From an uncultured virus (IMG/VR IMGVR_UViG_3300047444_000174) (lineage: Duplodnaviria > Heunggongvirae > Uroviricota > Caudoviricetes), in IMG/VR virus record IMGVR_UViG_3300047444_000174: DNA of 64,000 bases. The stretch is one strand, 5' to 3'. A program made the position numbers and the translations under genes. Of this stretch, positions 28,465 to 38,485 are shown in pieces. The number at the start of each line of letters is the position of its first letter. Position 1 is the first letter of the stretch. The notes beneath the pieces were generated by a model. The model made no database searches, was not told the DNA's origin, and saw only the letters and a list, made by a program, of their open reading frames with translations.

Positions 28465-29046
28465 TTATTGCTGGACGACGATGTCAGTCGTTACGCTATC
28501 TGCTTCAAGCGTCCCATCAGCCGACAGGATGTTCAGGACCGGGTATGCGCGCACCACCTGGCGGCGTAGCCTGAGATTCAGGTCATACCGCTTTACCCAT
28601 TGCTGATTGATGAGTTCCGGCGCGGCGGTGATCTTCTTGGCCTCAAGCACATCGAAGCCGGCGCCCATCAGCGCCTCGCGATTCTGCGCAATGTAGAGAC
28701 CGTTTCGCGCGAGCTTTGCATAGCCCATGCTATTCGGGCCGTAGAAACTCGCCAGCACATTAAGCGTCTCGTGCTGGTAGAAATTGTCCTGCCCGTTGCC
28801 AGATGACTTATGAATGACCGCGGGATAATCGTCGGGATCGTCCTCGGTCAGGCCAATCGCGCACCAGTTTTCAGTCGGTTCAGGCTGTTTTGGAACGGTG
28901 GGTTGCCAGCGCGGGCGAACCATATTCCCTGGCAGTCCGGTCAGACCTACGACAAGTTGCTGGAATACAGCGTCAAGCGCAGCGTCTTCAAGCGGAGGCG
29001 AACTCGACAGCGGCAGGATGTAGCCGCCAGTCGATGAATCGTTCAT
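28465..29046 (-). CDS. Neck/tail terminator protein
   Basis: GLPG.MVRPRWQ; synteny. Confidence 0.7.
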   Translation of the reverse strand: MNDSSTGGYILPLSSSPPLEDAALDAVFQQLVVGLTGLPGNMVRPRWQPTVPKQPEPTENWCAIGLTEDDPDDYPAVIHKSSGNGQDNFYQHETLNVLASFYGPNSMGYAKLARNGLYIAQNREALMGAGFDVLEAKKITAAPELINQQWVKRYDLNLRLRRQVVRAYPVLNILSADGTLEADSVTTDIVVQQ

Positions 29047-29047
29047 A

Positions 29048-29422
29048 TCACCCTCCCGACAGCGGAATCAGTTCGCAGTTCGCCGCAGTGAAGCCGATGC
29101 CGAAACGGGACCAGTCTCCAACATTCGTCACGGTGTAACTGCGACCGTTCCACGTCACTATGTCAGCGTCCTGTCCATTGTCGCCAGCCTGCAGCAGGAA
29201 GCGGCTATGCACGGTGATCGAGCCTTGAATGCGCGATCCTTCTGCCAGGCGCATCAACAGGTCGCCCGTATTGTTGGTCACCACGCCATAGAAGGGCGTC
29301 GATATTGCGCTGTCCGTCGCGATGCCGTTGTCATCCACGGTCTGCGTTTGCCGCGCACAGACGAGGCTATCCACGAAATCCGGATCGAGCAGGATTTCGG
29401 AGACGTCTAAAAGTGGGGGCAT
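29048..29422 (-). CDS. Head closure protein
   Basis: Synteny; L.RL.EG.R, D.V.WNG..Y. Confidence 0.7.
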   Translation of the reverse strand: MPPLLDVSEILLDPDFVDSLVCARQTQTVDDNGIATDSAISTPFYGVVTNNTGDLLMRLAEGSRIQGSITVHSRFLLQAGDNGQDADIVTWNGRSYTVTNVGDWSRFGIGFTAANCELIPLSGG

Positions 29423-29426
29423 GGCG

Positions 29427-29909
29427 CTATTTGTTTCTGATGACGTGCGTGACTGAATTGCGTAGTTGCGCGGTATCCACAAGAGTGTTTTCACGCGTCA
29501 CGCCGCGGCGGCGCCTTGCCTCGAGTGTTGAGTCGGCGAGCTTCGGTTGAATATTGCTGTTGATTTTGGCTTTGACTGACATCTCTGCGGTCAAGCCTGC
29601 GGCGGTGAGCGCTGCATCTGCGCCGGATGGATTACCGCTTAACGCAGCGGTGGCGCCTTTCTTAAGGCGCTCCGCGCATTGAGTCTGGACATCCTGCACA
29701 CCCGGGACAAGCCACGGCCGGGCGGGGATGTTCTTCGCCGGCGATCCCTTGTCGAGGATATAGCCGATCTGCGCATTGCTGATCGGCGCTTCCTTGCGCT
29801 CTGGTGCGCTGTCGGGGATGCCAACCAGCACGTCTTTGCCGGAGAGCCTGTTGATGGCGTCGATGATGGCCTGCATATTATCGACCGTCATCGTTGCGCC
29901 AGATTTCAT
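29427..29909 (-). CDS. Neck/tail completion protein
   Basis: VLVGIP, NIPARPWL, LVDT.QLRNS. Confidence 0.75.
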   Translation of the reverse strand: MKSGATMTVDNMQAIIDAINRLSGKDVLVGIPDSAPERKEAPISNAQIGYILDKGSPAKNIPARPWLVPGVQDVQTQCAERLKKGATAALSGNPSGADAALTAAGLTAEMSVKAKINSNIQPKLADSTLEARRRRGVTRENTLVDTAQLRNSVTHVIRNK

Positions 29910-29915
29910 GTTGCC

Positions 29916-30317
29916 TCAACAATGCCCGTTGATCTGAAGACCCCCCGCGCCGAACATGCGGGCGAGGCTTAAATACCGAATACCGTACGAGGTAAGCGCC
30001 CAAAATCCTGCGCCATCTAGCGCCGCGGCGCCCGTGTCGTAGCTCGTGCTGACCTTGTCAACAGCCTTCGCAGAGGTCGGTCCGGTCATTGTGCCGGGAA
30101 CGCCTCCAACTGCTGCAGCAGTCTGGTCGCGTACCGACAGCGCCAGATGGTGCGCCGTAACCAGCTCGATACCGATGTTGGTCAACTCCACCCATCGGTC
30201 AGCATTGACGAGCGATGTAGCCACCGTCAGCCACGTCTGGACCAACGAATCTGGGTAGGTGGTCGCGTCCGAGAACTCAGGAAAGTCCGAACGTAGCTGG
30301 GCAGGAGTGACGGTCAT
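29916..30317 (-). CDS. Head-tail adaptor (DUF4054-like)
   Basis: R.DFPEF.D...YPD; W..T.YG. Confidence 0.82.
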   Translation of the reverse strand: MTVTPAQLRSDFPEFSDATTYPDSLVQTWLTVATSLVNADRWVELTNIGIELVTAHHLALSVRDQTAAAVGGVPGTMTGPTSAKAVDKVSTSYDTGAAALDGAGFWALTSYGIRYLSLARMFGAGGLQINGHC

Positions 30318-30496
30318 GATTTAGCGGGTCGGCCGGGTTTTCGCTGTTCTACTTCGACAGCAGGCGCTTCGTCTGTGTGATGCAGCACGAACCAGTGCGA
30401 TTCGTACTCTGCGGGGATCGTGTCGCCAGCCTTGAAGTACAGCGGCCGGTAGTCGTCGCGGGTCAGGGTGAAATCCTGATTGGCGATGCGGGTCAT
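30314..30496 (-). CDS. Small virion-associated protein
   Basis: After capsid gene; basic RKPGRP tail. Confidence 0.6.
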   Translation of the reverse strand: MTRIANQDFTLTRDDYRPLYFKAGDTIPAEYESHWFVLHHTDEAPAVEVEQRKPGRPAKS

Positions 30497-30514
30497 ATTA
30501 TGCTCCGGGAAATC

Positions 30515-30546
30515 GCCGGGAGACGTCGTGCTAGACGTCTCCCGGC
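30515..30546. other. Perfect 13-bp hairpin after the capsid gene (no U-tract; probable mRNA stabiliser)
   Basis: GCCGGGAGACGTC-gtgcta-GACGTCTCCCGGC. Confidence 0.55.
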
Positions 30547-30552
30547 AGCCGC

Positions 30553-31617
30553 TTAGATTCCGTCGCGGTACGAGACCGTGGTCGAGTAGCGGAATTCAAC
30601 TTGACCGAAGCGCGCCCAATACGTCGTGATCTGGTACAGCGAACGATACTCAAGCGGCGTACGCTGCAACTCCGTCATCGGGTACTGGACGTACTTCTTG
30701 TCCTTGTTGTACGCGACCATACGGTCCACCGTGCCCAGCGTGCCCGGCGTGCCGCCAGCACCAGCGCCGATCAGCCACTTGAGCGGGAGAATTTCCAGCT
30801 TCGTGCCTGACTTCGTGCAGATGTTGTTCTCGAGCAGATACGTCAGGATCGAGTAGTTCGCTGCGGTGTTGACCATGGTCGACGCGAGGTAGCCATACTG
30901 TGCCGGCGGGATCATCAGGCGGTTCGGCATGACCTTCCAGCCAGCGTTCGCCCAGGTCGTCGTCAGGATTTCGTTGACGTCCTTGAGAATTTCGGCGGGC
31001 GTCTTGGTCGTCCATTGCGGAGTGGTGCTCGCGCCGTTCGCTACGTTGCTCGGCGTGATGATCGACGAGGCATTGACCAGACCAGCCGTGCCAATGGTTG
31101 TGTCGCCGAAATAGACCAGGTTGTCCAGGTCCATGTTGCGCTTGAGGTTCATGGCTTCAACCTTTTGCGCGTCAACCGGCTGGCCGAGGGCTTGCGCCTT
31201 CACCAGTTCGGGGACGGTGTACTTGACCTCAGCACCCCACAGGCGAACCTGTTGTGCGGTCTTGCCGATGTCGAGCGACGGTCCCGCGATCGCGTTGCCT
31301 TCGTTCGAGATCCAGTTGATGCCGCCCGGCGTCATGCCGCCAGCCATCGCGAATGCCGAGTTCGTGAACGAAGCGAGTTCGTCAGCCGGCGAGACGTCCG
31401 TGCGGATGTCGATGTCGCGCGACCAGGTGAATTCGACCAGCGGCTCGTTGAGCGTCTGATCCAGACGTTCGAGCTGGCCGACGAGGAAGGCACCCGTCGA
31501 GTCAAGCGTCGCTTGATCGTAGGTCATCATGCCATCGGTCGTGAAGTGGCGAGCGAACTTGCGCGACGCTTCAGCGATCTCCCGGCGCTTCAGGAATTTT
31601 TGAACAGACATGTCCAT
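30553..31617 (-). CDS. Major capsid protein (DUF2184-like)
   Basis: FL.GQLERLD..L.EPL; Y.V.EL..A; DRMVAY; Y.DGI C-terminus. Confidence 0.9.
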   Translation of the reverse strand: MDMSVQKFLKRREIAEASRKFARHFTTDGMMTYDQATLDSTGAFLVGQLERLDQTLNEPLVEFTWSRDIDIRTDVSPADELASFTNSAFAMAGGMTPGGINWISNEGNAIAGPSLDIGKTAQQVRLWGAEVKYTVPELVKAQALGQPVDAQKVEAMNLKRNMDLDNLVYFGDTTIGTAGLVNASSIITPSNVANGASTTPQWTTKTPAEILKDVNEILTTTWANAGWKVMPNRLMIPPAQYGYLASTMVNTAANYSILTYLLENNICTKSGTKLEILPLKWLIGAGAGGTPGTLGTVDRMVAYNKDKKYVQYPMTELQRTPLEYRSLYQITTYWARFGQVEFRYSTTVSYRDGI

Positions 31618-31686
31618 TGATTTATTGCTCCAGAAATGCAAAACCCCGCCGAAGCGGGGTCTCAGAGGCGATTGGGCGCCGGGAAT

Positions 31687-32193
31687 TTAGATGTTGACTG
31701 CGACTTCTGTGATCCCGTATGCGTCAGCGGGGCCAGTGAAGTACCAGTTCGACGGCATGGCGATCGTGTTGGTCGTGTCCGAGGCGGCTTCGAAACCACC
31801 AAGCGGTTTGCCAGCGGACGGCGTGGCGACGCGCACATACACGGTGCCGCCCTTGGCCGCAGTGGCAACGCCACCGAGCGAGACCATCACATAGCCGCGC
31901 TTGAGGATGTCAGTCACGCCAGAGGTCGGCGGCGTCGACGTGCCAAGCGGGTCGGTACCGTTGCCTTGAATCGGATAGGGGCGCAGATTGACGCCCTGCA
32001 CGAGCGCAGCGGTGTCGCCTGACAGGTTGATCGGCTGCACCTTGCCCGAAACGTACTTGACGGCCACGCCAAACACGGTCGGCGGCGTCGCCGAGTCGAT
32101 CAGCTGAGTCTCGATCGTCGCGACTTCGGCGCGCTGAAGGTCACCGGCGAAACCAGCCGGCATGCGGAATTGATAAGCTTGCAACGAGGGCAT
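31687..32193 (-). CDS. Head decoration/cement protein
   Basis: RMPAGFAG; ILKRGY.MV; between scaffold and capsid. Confidence 0.75.
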   Translation of the reverse strand: MPSLQAYQFRMPAGFAGDLQRAEVATIETQLIDSATPPTVFGVAVKYVSGKVQPINLSGDTAALVQGVNLRPYPIQGNGTDPLGTSTPPTSGVTDILKRGYVMVSLGGVATAAKGGTVYVRVATPSAGKPLGGFEAASDTTNTIAMPSNWYFTGPADAYGITEVAVNI

Positions 32194-32202
32194 GTCGGCT
32201 CC

Positions 32203-33630
32203 TTACTTACGGTTCGCCCAAAAATCGGCGTGGATTTTGTTGATATCTGTTGCTTCGGCTGCTGCGTCGGTCGTTTTGCGAGCGACAGTCTTGTTCTTCT
32301 GTTTGACGAGCTCGGATGCGGCGTGGAAAGCCATCTTTGCAGCTGCGCAGTCCATCTTCGACACGTCAGCATCGCCAGTGATCGCGCGGACCAGATCGGC
32401 GTTGTCGTTGGTCAGTGCGGCACGAAGGGCGCGGCGTCGCAGCACGCAGATTGCGTCTGCGGTCTTCTTGCCTTCAGCCTTCGAATCGAACATCGGCAGC
32501 TTCACGCCGGGCGCGAGTATCTCGGCCCGGGCCTTCGCGTCTTGGAATTCGTCGCGGAACGAGGCCGAATCGTTGGTCGACTTCTTCTCGTCTTCCTTCT
32601 TGCCCTCGGACTCGTCTTCATCCTCGGTCATGCCCGGATCATCGACTTCCTCGCCTTCGTCCTTGGTCTCTTCCTTTTTCTCGTCCTTCTTTTCTTCTTC
32701 AGCCGAGTCTTTGGTGAGAGCCTTGACGGAGCCCTCAAGAGAAGTGAGGCGTTCATCGAACTTGGTCAGCACTGCAGCCAGGTCCGGGCCTTCGTCTTTC
32801 GTTTCCTCCTTATCCTCATCCTTCTTGCTTTCCTCGGATTCGGAATCCTTGGTTGGCATGTGGATGTGGATCGCGGGCATGTTGCCCCCGGCGCCGTCCT
32901 CGTCGTTCACCTCTTCAAGCGCTTTCTCAAAACCTTCCGAGTCACGCGCCATAAACAGCTTGCGCATCTTGTCCGAAAAGGACGTAGCGCCTTTCTTTAC
33001 AGCCATGGGTTCATCTCCCAAAAGTACTTTCGAACTGTCCTGGACACTACAGACAGGGCCACAGCGGGCGCTCTTCACAAGCGCCACGTGGTTTCCCACG
33101 ATCGATGCCTGCCGCGCCCGCCCAGGCGCGATTTGCTGGTATTCCGCGTCGTATCCGCAGGAGATTTCCTTCAGACCGTTGTTGCGAATCTCGTTGATAG
33201 CGCCCTTATCGGTGATCAGCAGGTCAGCAATCAGCAGATGGCTTTGTTCACCTTGGCCGCGCCGGATGTTGTGGGCGGAACCTTTTGAAAGGTAAGCCCA
33301 GTTGTCGGGCGTAACAGGCTCGTCGGGATGGTTGATCGTCACCGGCTTACCGAGAAAACTGGCGATCGTCTCTGGCGCGAAAACGGCTTCTTCATCGCGC
33401 TCGACAACGATTACGCCGTCTTTGTCCTCAATGTCTGGCAACTCGATGCCGGCATAGTCCTGGGTACCGGTGCGCGCAATTGGCACAGCCTCGCAGAGCA
33501 GATAGCCCTCAGGAGTGAAAGACTGATTCGGGCCAAGTTGATCTTCTGAGAAGAATCCGCTAGCCGTGATCGAGTCTTTCGTGGGCGCGCGCTTGCTCAC
33601 GCACACTTTGCATTCGCACGCATGGGACAT
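32203..33630 (-). CDS. Prohead protease/scaffold (DUF2213-like)
   Basis: TPEGYL....PIARTG, PVT..HP, EISCGY, NHVALV...RCG; acidic C-terminal region. Confidence 0.88.
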   Translation of the reverse strand: MSHACECKVCVSKRAPTKDSITASGFFSEDQLGPNQSFTPEGYLLCEAVPIARTGTQDYAGIELPDIEDKDGVIVVERDEEAVFAPETIASFLGKPVTINHPDEPVTPDNWAYLSKGSAHNIRRGQGEQSHLLIADLLITDKGAINEIRNNGLKEISCGYDAEYQQIAPGRARQASIVGNHVALVKSARCGPVCSVQDSSKVLLGDEPMAVKKGATSFSDKMRKLFMARDSEGFEKALEEVNDEDGAGGNMPAIHIHMPTKDSESEESKKDEDKEETKDEGPDLAAVLTKFDERLTSLEGSVKALTKDSAEEEKKDEKKEETKDEGEEVDDPGMTEDEDESEGKKEDEKKSTNDSASFRDEFQDAKARAEILAPGVKLPMFDSKAEGKKTADAICVLRRRALRAALTNDNADLVRAITGDADVSKMDCAAAKMAFHAASELVKQKNKTVARKTTDAAAEATDINKIHADFWANRK

Positions 33631-33662
33631 AGGTATGGATAAAAGAAAACTGACGAGGCGGG

Positions 33663-34409
33663 TTAATCTGGGATGGCAACCTTGGCCCAACAGCGACACC
33701 GGTAAATACAACCCGGGTGCGCCCTGGCACCGGTTCGTTTATCTGCCACAGGAGGGTCATTCCATGCGAAGAACTTTCCGTCCAGTTCACGATGGTCAGA
33801 TCTGACGTCGCTGTCGTGACTCGTCGTCCACCAATAGCCCGGGGAATCGATTGAGCGCGCGCGCGCTTCGGTAAGCGTCGCCGCGGTGCGGCTTACTTCG
33901 GTCACAGCAATCAACTGCGCCCGACTTGCTGTCACTTCGCCGGACCGCATAATCTCTTTGGCGATCTCGCTGGCGCGGGCTGAGTCTTCGATGCCAGCCA
34001 GCGTCAACCGGTGCACCCGCTGCGCGGCCTCGCGCGGCAGACTCTGAATCAGGTCCACCTGTTCTGCCAGCAGCGCCCGCATCACTACGCCAGTCGGCGC
34101 GTTGCGGATCTCTTCACGAAGCCCGCGCGACAGGTCTTTAGCCAGCACCTTCCATGTCTGCTCGTCACGTAGCGCGACGTCCATCAACATGTTGCTGGCG
34201 GTCTGCGTCGCCCAGCCCTTCAGCATGTCGGCGTAGGCGCCAAGCAACTGCTCAATCGTCGGCACCTGGCTCATGTCGCCGGGTGTGAACGGTTGGATGA
34301 TCGCGCCTACCTGCTGCGCGACCTTGCGCAGTTGCGAGCCGTAGCGCAACTCAGCGCCTCGCGTCCTGACCGGGTTGCGTTCGCGCTTGCGGTCAAGGGT
34401 TAGGATCAT
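33663..34409 (-). CDS. Minor head protein (Mu F/SPP1 gp7-like)
   Basis: RA.LIA.TE; Y.W.T..D..VR..H..LDG; HPG....CRC. Confidence 0.88.
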   Translation of the reverse strand: MILTLDRKRERNPVRTRGAELRYGSQLRKVAQQVGAIIQPFTPGDMSQVPTIEQLLGAYADMLKGWATQTASNMLMDVALRDEQTWKVLAKDLSRGLREEIRNAPTGVVMRALLAEQVDLIQSLPREAAQRVHRLTLAGIEDSARASEIAKEIMRSGEVTASRAQLIAVTEVSRTAATLTEARARSIDSPGYWWTTSHDSDVRSDHRELDGKFFAWNDPPVADKRTGARAHPGCIYRCRCWAKVAIPD

Positions 34410-35857
34410 TTCTTCTTGCGAAAGCGTTTGAGCCACGAAACGGCAGAGCCGGAATCGCCAGTCAGAGACGACATATCAGGCAAGTCCATCTCGCCGGGTG
34501 GCGGGGCGTTCTTTTCCTGTTCTTCGGCCTCGGCGATTGCTTCGTCCGTGATGCCGCCGAACATGCCGGTATTCGGAGCCGATGCTTTCAACTCCTTCAT
34601 GCCGTCACTGATCTTGATGAGGTTAGCGTCGACCGCGGCAGTGACTGCCTCAACAGTCGACTTTGCAATCTCCGATTTTTCCTTCTCAGACATTTCTTGA
34701 AGGTTCCGGAACTCGAAGCCGAAGTCGTCGGGCAGCGGCTTGCCAAGCGACGACATTGACATGACAGCGAATAGGCGCTGCAGAGGGTTTCTGAGCTTGC
34801 GCTCCTGATTCTGCTTGACCTTCTCATGCCACTGCTTCATTTCCCCTTCACCCGTCGCTCCGAGACCGGTAGGCGACTGACCGAACAGCCGGGTGAATGG
34901 CATTCCGAGTGCGCCGCACAGTTGCTGCGCGAATTGAAGCAGCATGTCTGACAAGCCGGCGAACGAGTACTGATGAGCTTCAAACTTGTCTTTCCCGTCT
35001 ACTACCGTGATGCCTTCGTTTGTTTGCCCTTGCCGGATGAACTCCATCTGCTTATGAAGTGCTGCTAAGGCTGGACCACCCATTGCGATGATGTCTCGCA
35101 GTTTGTCGACCGTCATCGTGCGGAGGTGCGCTTTGTAGATCAGCTGGCCTGCACCAACAGATGCGCTGTCGAATGCAATCAGACGGTCCCACATCGGCTC
35201 GAGCACCGACAGACCCCAGCCGTTCTCAGTGACACGCTGATAGAACGGCAGATCCATGCCATCCAGACGGATCGCCCGGGTGTAGTGGATATGTGCCTTG
35301 GGGATCGCCGCATAGTCCGCAATTACATCGTAGTAGACCGGGCGACCCATATCGGGCCCGTATTCGGTCACTACGTCGCCGATCGGCGGGCTGATCATCC
35401 AACGATCCAGGACGAGCAGTCCTTTGAACTGATCCTTGCCGACAGTTTCGGGCCGCAGCGGCGTCGATAGATCTTGTCCATCGATCAGCATGACAGCGAT
35501 ACAACCGCCGTACAGGTTCGCCCACTTGCCAGTGTCGCACAGCGCATCCCAAACAGCCATGCGCATCAAGTCCTGATCGAACCTGGTGATGTCCTCCGGA
35601 TCGATCCCGGAAAACTCAACGCCCGCTCGCGTCATGTCTTCGGGCAATGCATCAACGGCTGCGCGAACGATCCATGAGCCGCGATAAGCCGCCTCCAGGT
35701 TGATCCGGTTGCGGCTCTGATACGACAGCGTGTACTGAGATGCAGACGACTGGTTATTCGTGCCCCAGCCTACGTTCGCGGCGAAGTTGGTGAAGCTGTC
35801 GTTCGTGCGGACCGGTTGCGTCACGCCAACCTTCTGATTTCGACGTGACTTGGACAT
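34406..35857 (-). CDS. Portal protein (DUF1073-like)
   Basis: Follows TerL; P.TRLFGQSP.GL.ATGE. Confidence 0.88.
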   Translation of the reverse strand: MSKSRRNQKVGVTQPVRTNDSFTNFAANVGWGTNNQSSASQYTLSYQSRNRINLEAAYRGSWIVRAAVDALPEDMTRAGVEFSGIDPEDITRFDQDLMRMAVWDALCDTGKWANLYGGCIAVMLIDGQDLSTPLRPETVGKDQFKGLLVLDRWMISPPIGDVVTEYGPDMGRPVYYDVIADYAAIPKAHIHYTRAIRLDGMDLPFYQRVTENGWGLSVLEPMWDRLIAFDSASVGAGQLIYKAHLRTMTVDKLRDIIAMGGPALAALHKQMEFIRQGQTNEGITVVDGKDKFEAHQYSFAGLSDMLLQFAQQLCGALGMPFTRLFGQSPTGLGATGEGEMKQWHEKVKQNQERKLRNPLQRLFAVMSMSSLGKPLPDDFGFEFRNLQEMSEKEKSEIAKSTVEAVTAAVDANLIKISDGMKELKASAPNTGMFGGITDEAIAEAEEQEKNAPPPGEMDLPDMSSLTGDSGSAVSWLKRFRKKK

Positions 35858-35901
35858 GCTTGAGTGAATCCTTTCTTGTGGCTCGCGAGCCTTTGGAAGA
35901 T

Positions 35902-37497
35902 TTAGCCTGCTAACTTGATCCAAACGTCTAGTTCTCTACCGGCCGGCTGATAGCAGATCATCACGGCGTCGGCCAGGTTGGGCGACATTGTTCCTTCCGG
36001 TGCCTTGTCGACGACTACCTTGCCGACCGTATTGATCGTGTAAGTCGGCTGCGACAACTCCATCGTCAACGGGACCAGCTCCTCAAGTTCAGGGTCGATC
36101 GAGATAAGGTCATCTGGGTCGAACGCCATGCTTTCAACCACAGCGCGATAAGTCGCCTGGAACCTGAGCCGCAGCGCCCACCATGCTTGAGCCTTGGCAT
36201 TGGCAAAGAAATCCTTGTTCTTGCGCTCCTTGACCATCTCGCCTTCCGGGTCATGGACGGCGCCGGAGCCGCGAAATGGCTCGTCTCTAACCGGGTACTT
36301 GCCGGCTAGAGCGCGCTGCTCATTGATTACGCGGGCATCGCCACGCACGCCAGCACCTAGGCCGTCAGCGTCGTAATCGAACGCTTCGTACCCGCGCTCG
36401 TCGCATATTGAAATGGCTCGCTCGACCGTCGAGAAAATGTCGCTACCTTTTCCAGACCATGACTTGATGCAATCAAGCAGAAATCCGTGCCGTCCCGCAA
36501 AGGCATTCTTGTCCTTGCCTTCATCGGCCACATCGAGTGCGCCGCGACGACTTCCGGTCGGCTCAATGCCGAGCTTTTGGTGAGCGCCAATTGCCGCTTG
36601 CACCCACTCGGAGGGGATCAACACTCCTTCGGTCGAGGCAGCATAGTTGATATCGATTTCCTGGGCGACCGTTACAGTGTCCAGGACTTCTCGCTGTTTC
36701 GCATACCAGGCGTCATCTTTGCGTGGGTCATCGCGCCAATGGAACGTGAAAACCTTTATCTTCCCACTGTGCCGGCGCTGTGCAAACGAATTCCCCATCC
36801 CGTTCGGTGTGGAGATGTCCTGTCGACAATTTGTTGTCGCCGACAGTGAGGCGTCAACCAGTTGCGGACGCTCAAGGAACGCCGATTCGTCGACAATATA
36901 GAAACTTGCCCGATCCCCGCGGCCAATGCCATCCCCTGATTCGCCTGTAATGACCGAGCCACTGTCAGGGAAGATGATGCGCATGTGCGGAGCATGGGAA
37001 GAAACGCTCCACGATCCTCGAAACTCGGCCGGCAGCAACGACATGAATTGCCGCGCCTTCCAAAACAGCGACTTTGGAGATCCGATCTTGTCGACGTACT
37101 CTTCTTTGCGGGAGCCGAATCCAACCACGACGCCGGGGCTGAACAGGCAAACAGTGTCGGCTAGCGCCACCGTGAGCCACGACATCCCCATGTCGCGCGT
37201 CTTTTCTGTGATACCGGGCTCCTGTGCCTTCCAGCGCTCGAGGAACCAGACGATCCACTCTTCTTGCTTCGGGAATAGCAGGAAAGGGATCTGGGCAGGC
37301 AGTCCTCGCTCGACATTGCGAGGGTCAAACGTCATACCCCAGTCAATGATGAATTGCGCCGGATTGTCCCGGTAGTACGTCTTCAGCGCGGGAACCAGTT
37401 GCGGCTCCGCGCGAATGCGCCGTAGCCGCTCCGCCCGCCACTCGAACACCTGCACGTAGTCAGGGTTGCGGAAGTCAAACGGAAACGGGATTGGCAT
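35902..37497 (-). CDS. terL: Terminase large subunit
   Basis: [10 protein letters not shown] (Walker A-like), YIVDESAF (Walker B), STPNG, LDVADEG, SPNLADA. Confidence 0.93.
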   Translation of the reverse strand: MPIPFPFDFRNPDYVQVFEWRAERLRRIRAEPQLVPALKTYYRDNPAQFIIDWGMTFDPRNVERGLPAQIPFLLFPKQEEWIVWFLERWKAQEPGITEKTRDMGMSWLTVALADTVCLFSPGVVVGFGSRKEEYVDKIGSPKSLFWKARQFMSLLPAEFRGSWSVSSHAPHMRIIFPDSGSVITGESGDGIGRGDRASFYIVDESAFLERPQLVDASLSATTNCRQDISTPNGMGNSFAQRRHSGKIKVFTFHWRDDPRKDDAWYAKQREVLDTVTVAQEIDINYAASTEGVLIPSEWVQAAIGAHQKLGIEPTGSRRGALDVADEGKDKNAFAGRHGFLLDCIKSWSGKGSDIFSTVERAISICDERGYEAFDYDADGLGAGVRGDARVINEQRALAGKYPVRDEPFRGSGAVHDPEGEMVKERKNKDFFANAKAQAWWALRLRFQATYRAVVESMAFDPDDLISIDPELEELVPLTMELSQPTYTINTVGKVVVDKAPEGTMSPNLADAVMICYQPAGRELDVWIKLAG

Positions 37498-37498
37498 G

Positions 37499-38146
37499 TC
37501 ATGGATTCATCAGCCGCGCGTATTGCTTCGCTGCTTCAATTGGGTCGGATGCAGCGAACTGCTTGGGATTGCTGTCGCCGCCAGCCGCCTCACTGCCAAT
37601 GCTGTACGCCTCGCGCTCGAGTCCGATCAGCGTCTTGAGCGTATCCGAGAGCTTCTTCATGCCGTCGATGCGGCCCGCGCTCGAGATGACCTTGTTGTAC
37701 AGATCGTTGCGCCGGTCCTGGCCCTTGTCATCGTCTGAGCGCAAGATCTCACCGAGCTCGCGGAACAGATCAAGGTTGGCGGTTTCGATCTCTAACTCCT
37801 CTAGCAGCGCCATCGCCAGCGCGCGCGAACGGCTGATGTCTGTCCGGTGAGCAAGTCGGATTCGGGCGATTGCTTCTGCGCCGGAGTCGATGATCTCGCG
37901 CTCTGAAACAGGGCTTTTCGCTGTTACATCGGCTGTTACAGTGCGCTTTGTTACAAGCTCATCGGCCTTGGCCTTGATCTTCGCGGACAGGTCACGCGTC
38001 CATCCGGATGCTTTGGCCTTGCGGGCGATGGCAACGTGGTTGGCTCCAGGGTTTGCCGCAGCAATCTCCCTGAGAGACAGGATGCCGGCCCGGTAGTCGG
38101 CTTCGATGCGCTCCCAGTCCGGCGCGGCTTTCTTTTCCTGCGCCAT
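37499..38146 (-). CDS. terS: Terminase small subunit
   Basis: PDWE.IE.DYRAG.LSLREIA HTH; GW.RDL; directly upstream of terL. Confidence 0.85.
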   Translation of the reverse strand: MAQEKKAAPDWERIEADYRAGILSLREIAAANPGANHVAIARKAKASGWTRDLSAKIKAKADELVTKRTVTADVTAKSPVSEREIIDSGAEAIARIRLAHRTDISRSRALAMALLEELEIETANLDLFRELGEILRSDDDKGQDRRNDLYNKVISSAGRIDGMKKLSDTLKTLIGLEREAYSIGSEAAGGDSNPKQFAASDPIEAAKQYARLMNP

Positions 38147-38244
38147 AGTTCTTGGTTTACCCTGGTATTGAATCTTCTTTTGTCAGACCTTACCTTTGAT
38201 GCGCGCCAGCACTCCGCTGTGCGACACCACAAGAGGAACCGACG

Positions 38245-38445
38245 ATGAGCATGAAACTGGGGAATATCCAAATCAATCGCGACCAGAACCGGGTTGCTAA
38301 GTCAGCAATGTGCGGCTTGGCAAATGGCAAGGGCGACTTCATCAATGTCACCTTGCACCTCGAGGCGCATCACAACCTCGAGCAAATGACGTTCGATCAG
38401 TTCGAGCAACTCGCCATTGAGGCCGCGAAGAAACTGCATCCGTAA
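38245..38445 (+). CDS. Small antisense moron, unknown function
   Basis: AGAGGA RBS; opposite to the late operon. Confidence 0.55.
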   Translation: MSMKLGNIQINRDQNRVAKSAMCGLANGKGDFINVTLHLEAHHNLEQMTFDQFEQLAIEAAKKLHP

Positions 38446-38485
38446 CTGGCGGAGGTGCTGGCGCATTCAGTTGCGTCGGCGCCTG

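Noticed and set aside
32170..33295. Two long + strand ORFs (372 and 367 aa)
   Set aside because: Antisense to the low-complexity acidic scaffold region; Ser/Phe/Leu-rich shadows.
34406..35857. Anti-CBASS Acb1 label sometimes attached to DUF1073 proteins
   Set aside because: Position between terL and the minor head gene identifies it as the portal; I see no separate phosphoesterase domain.
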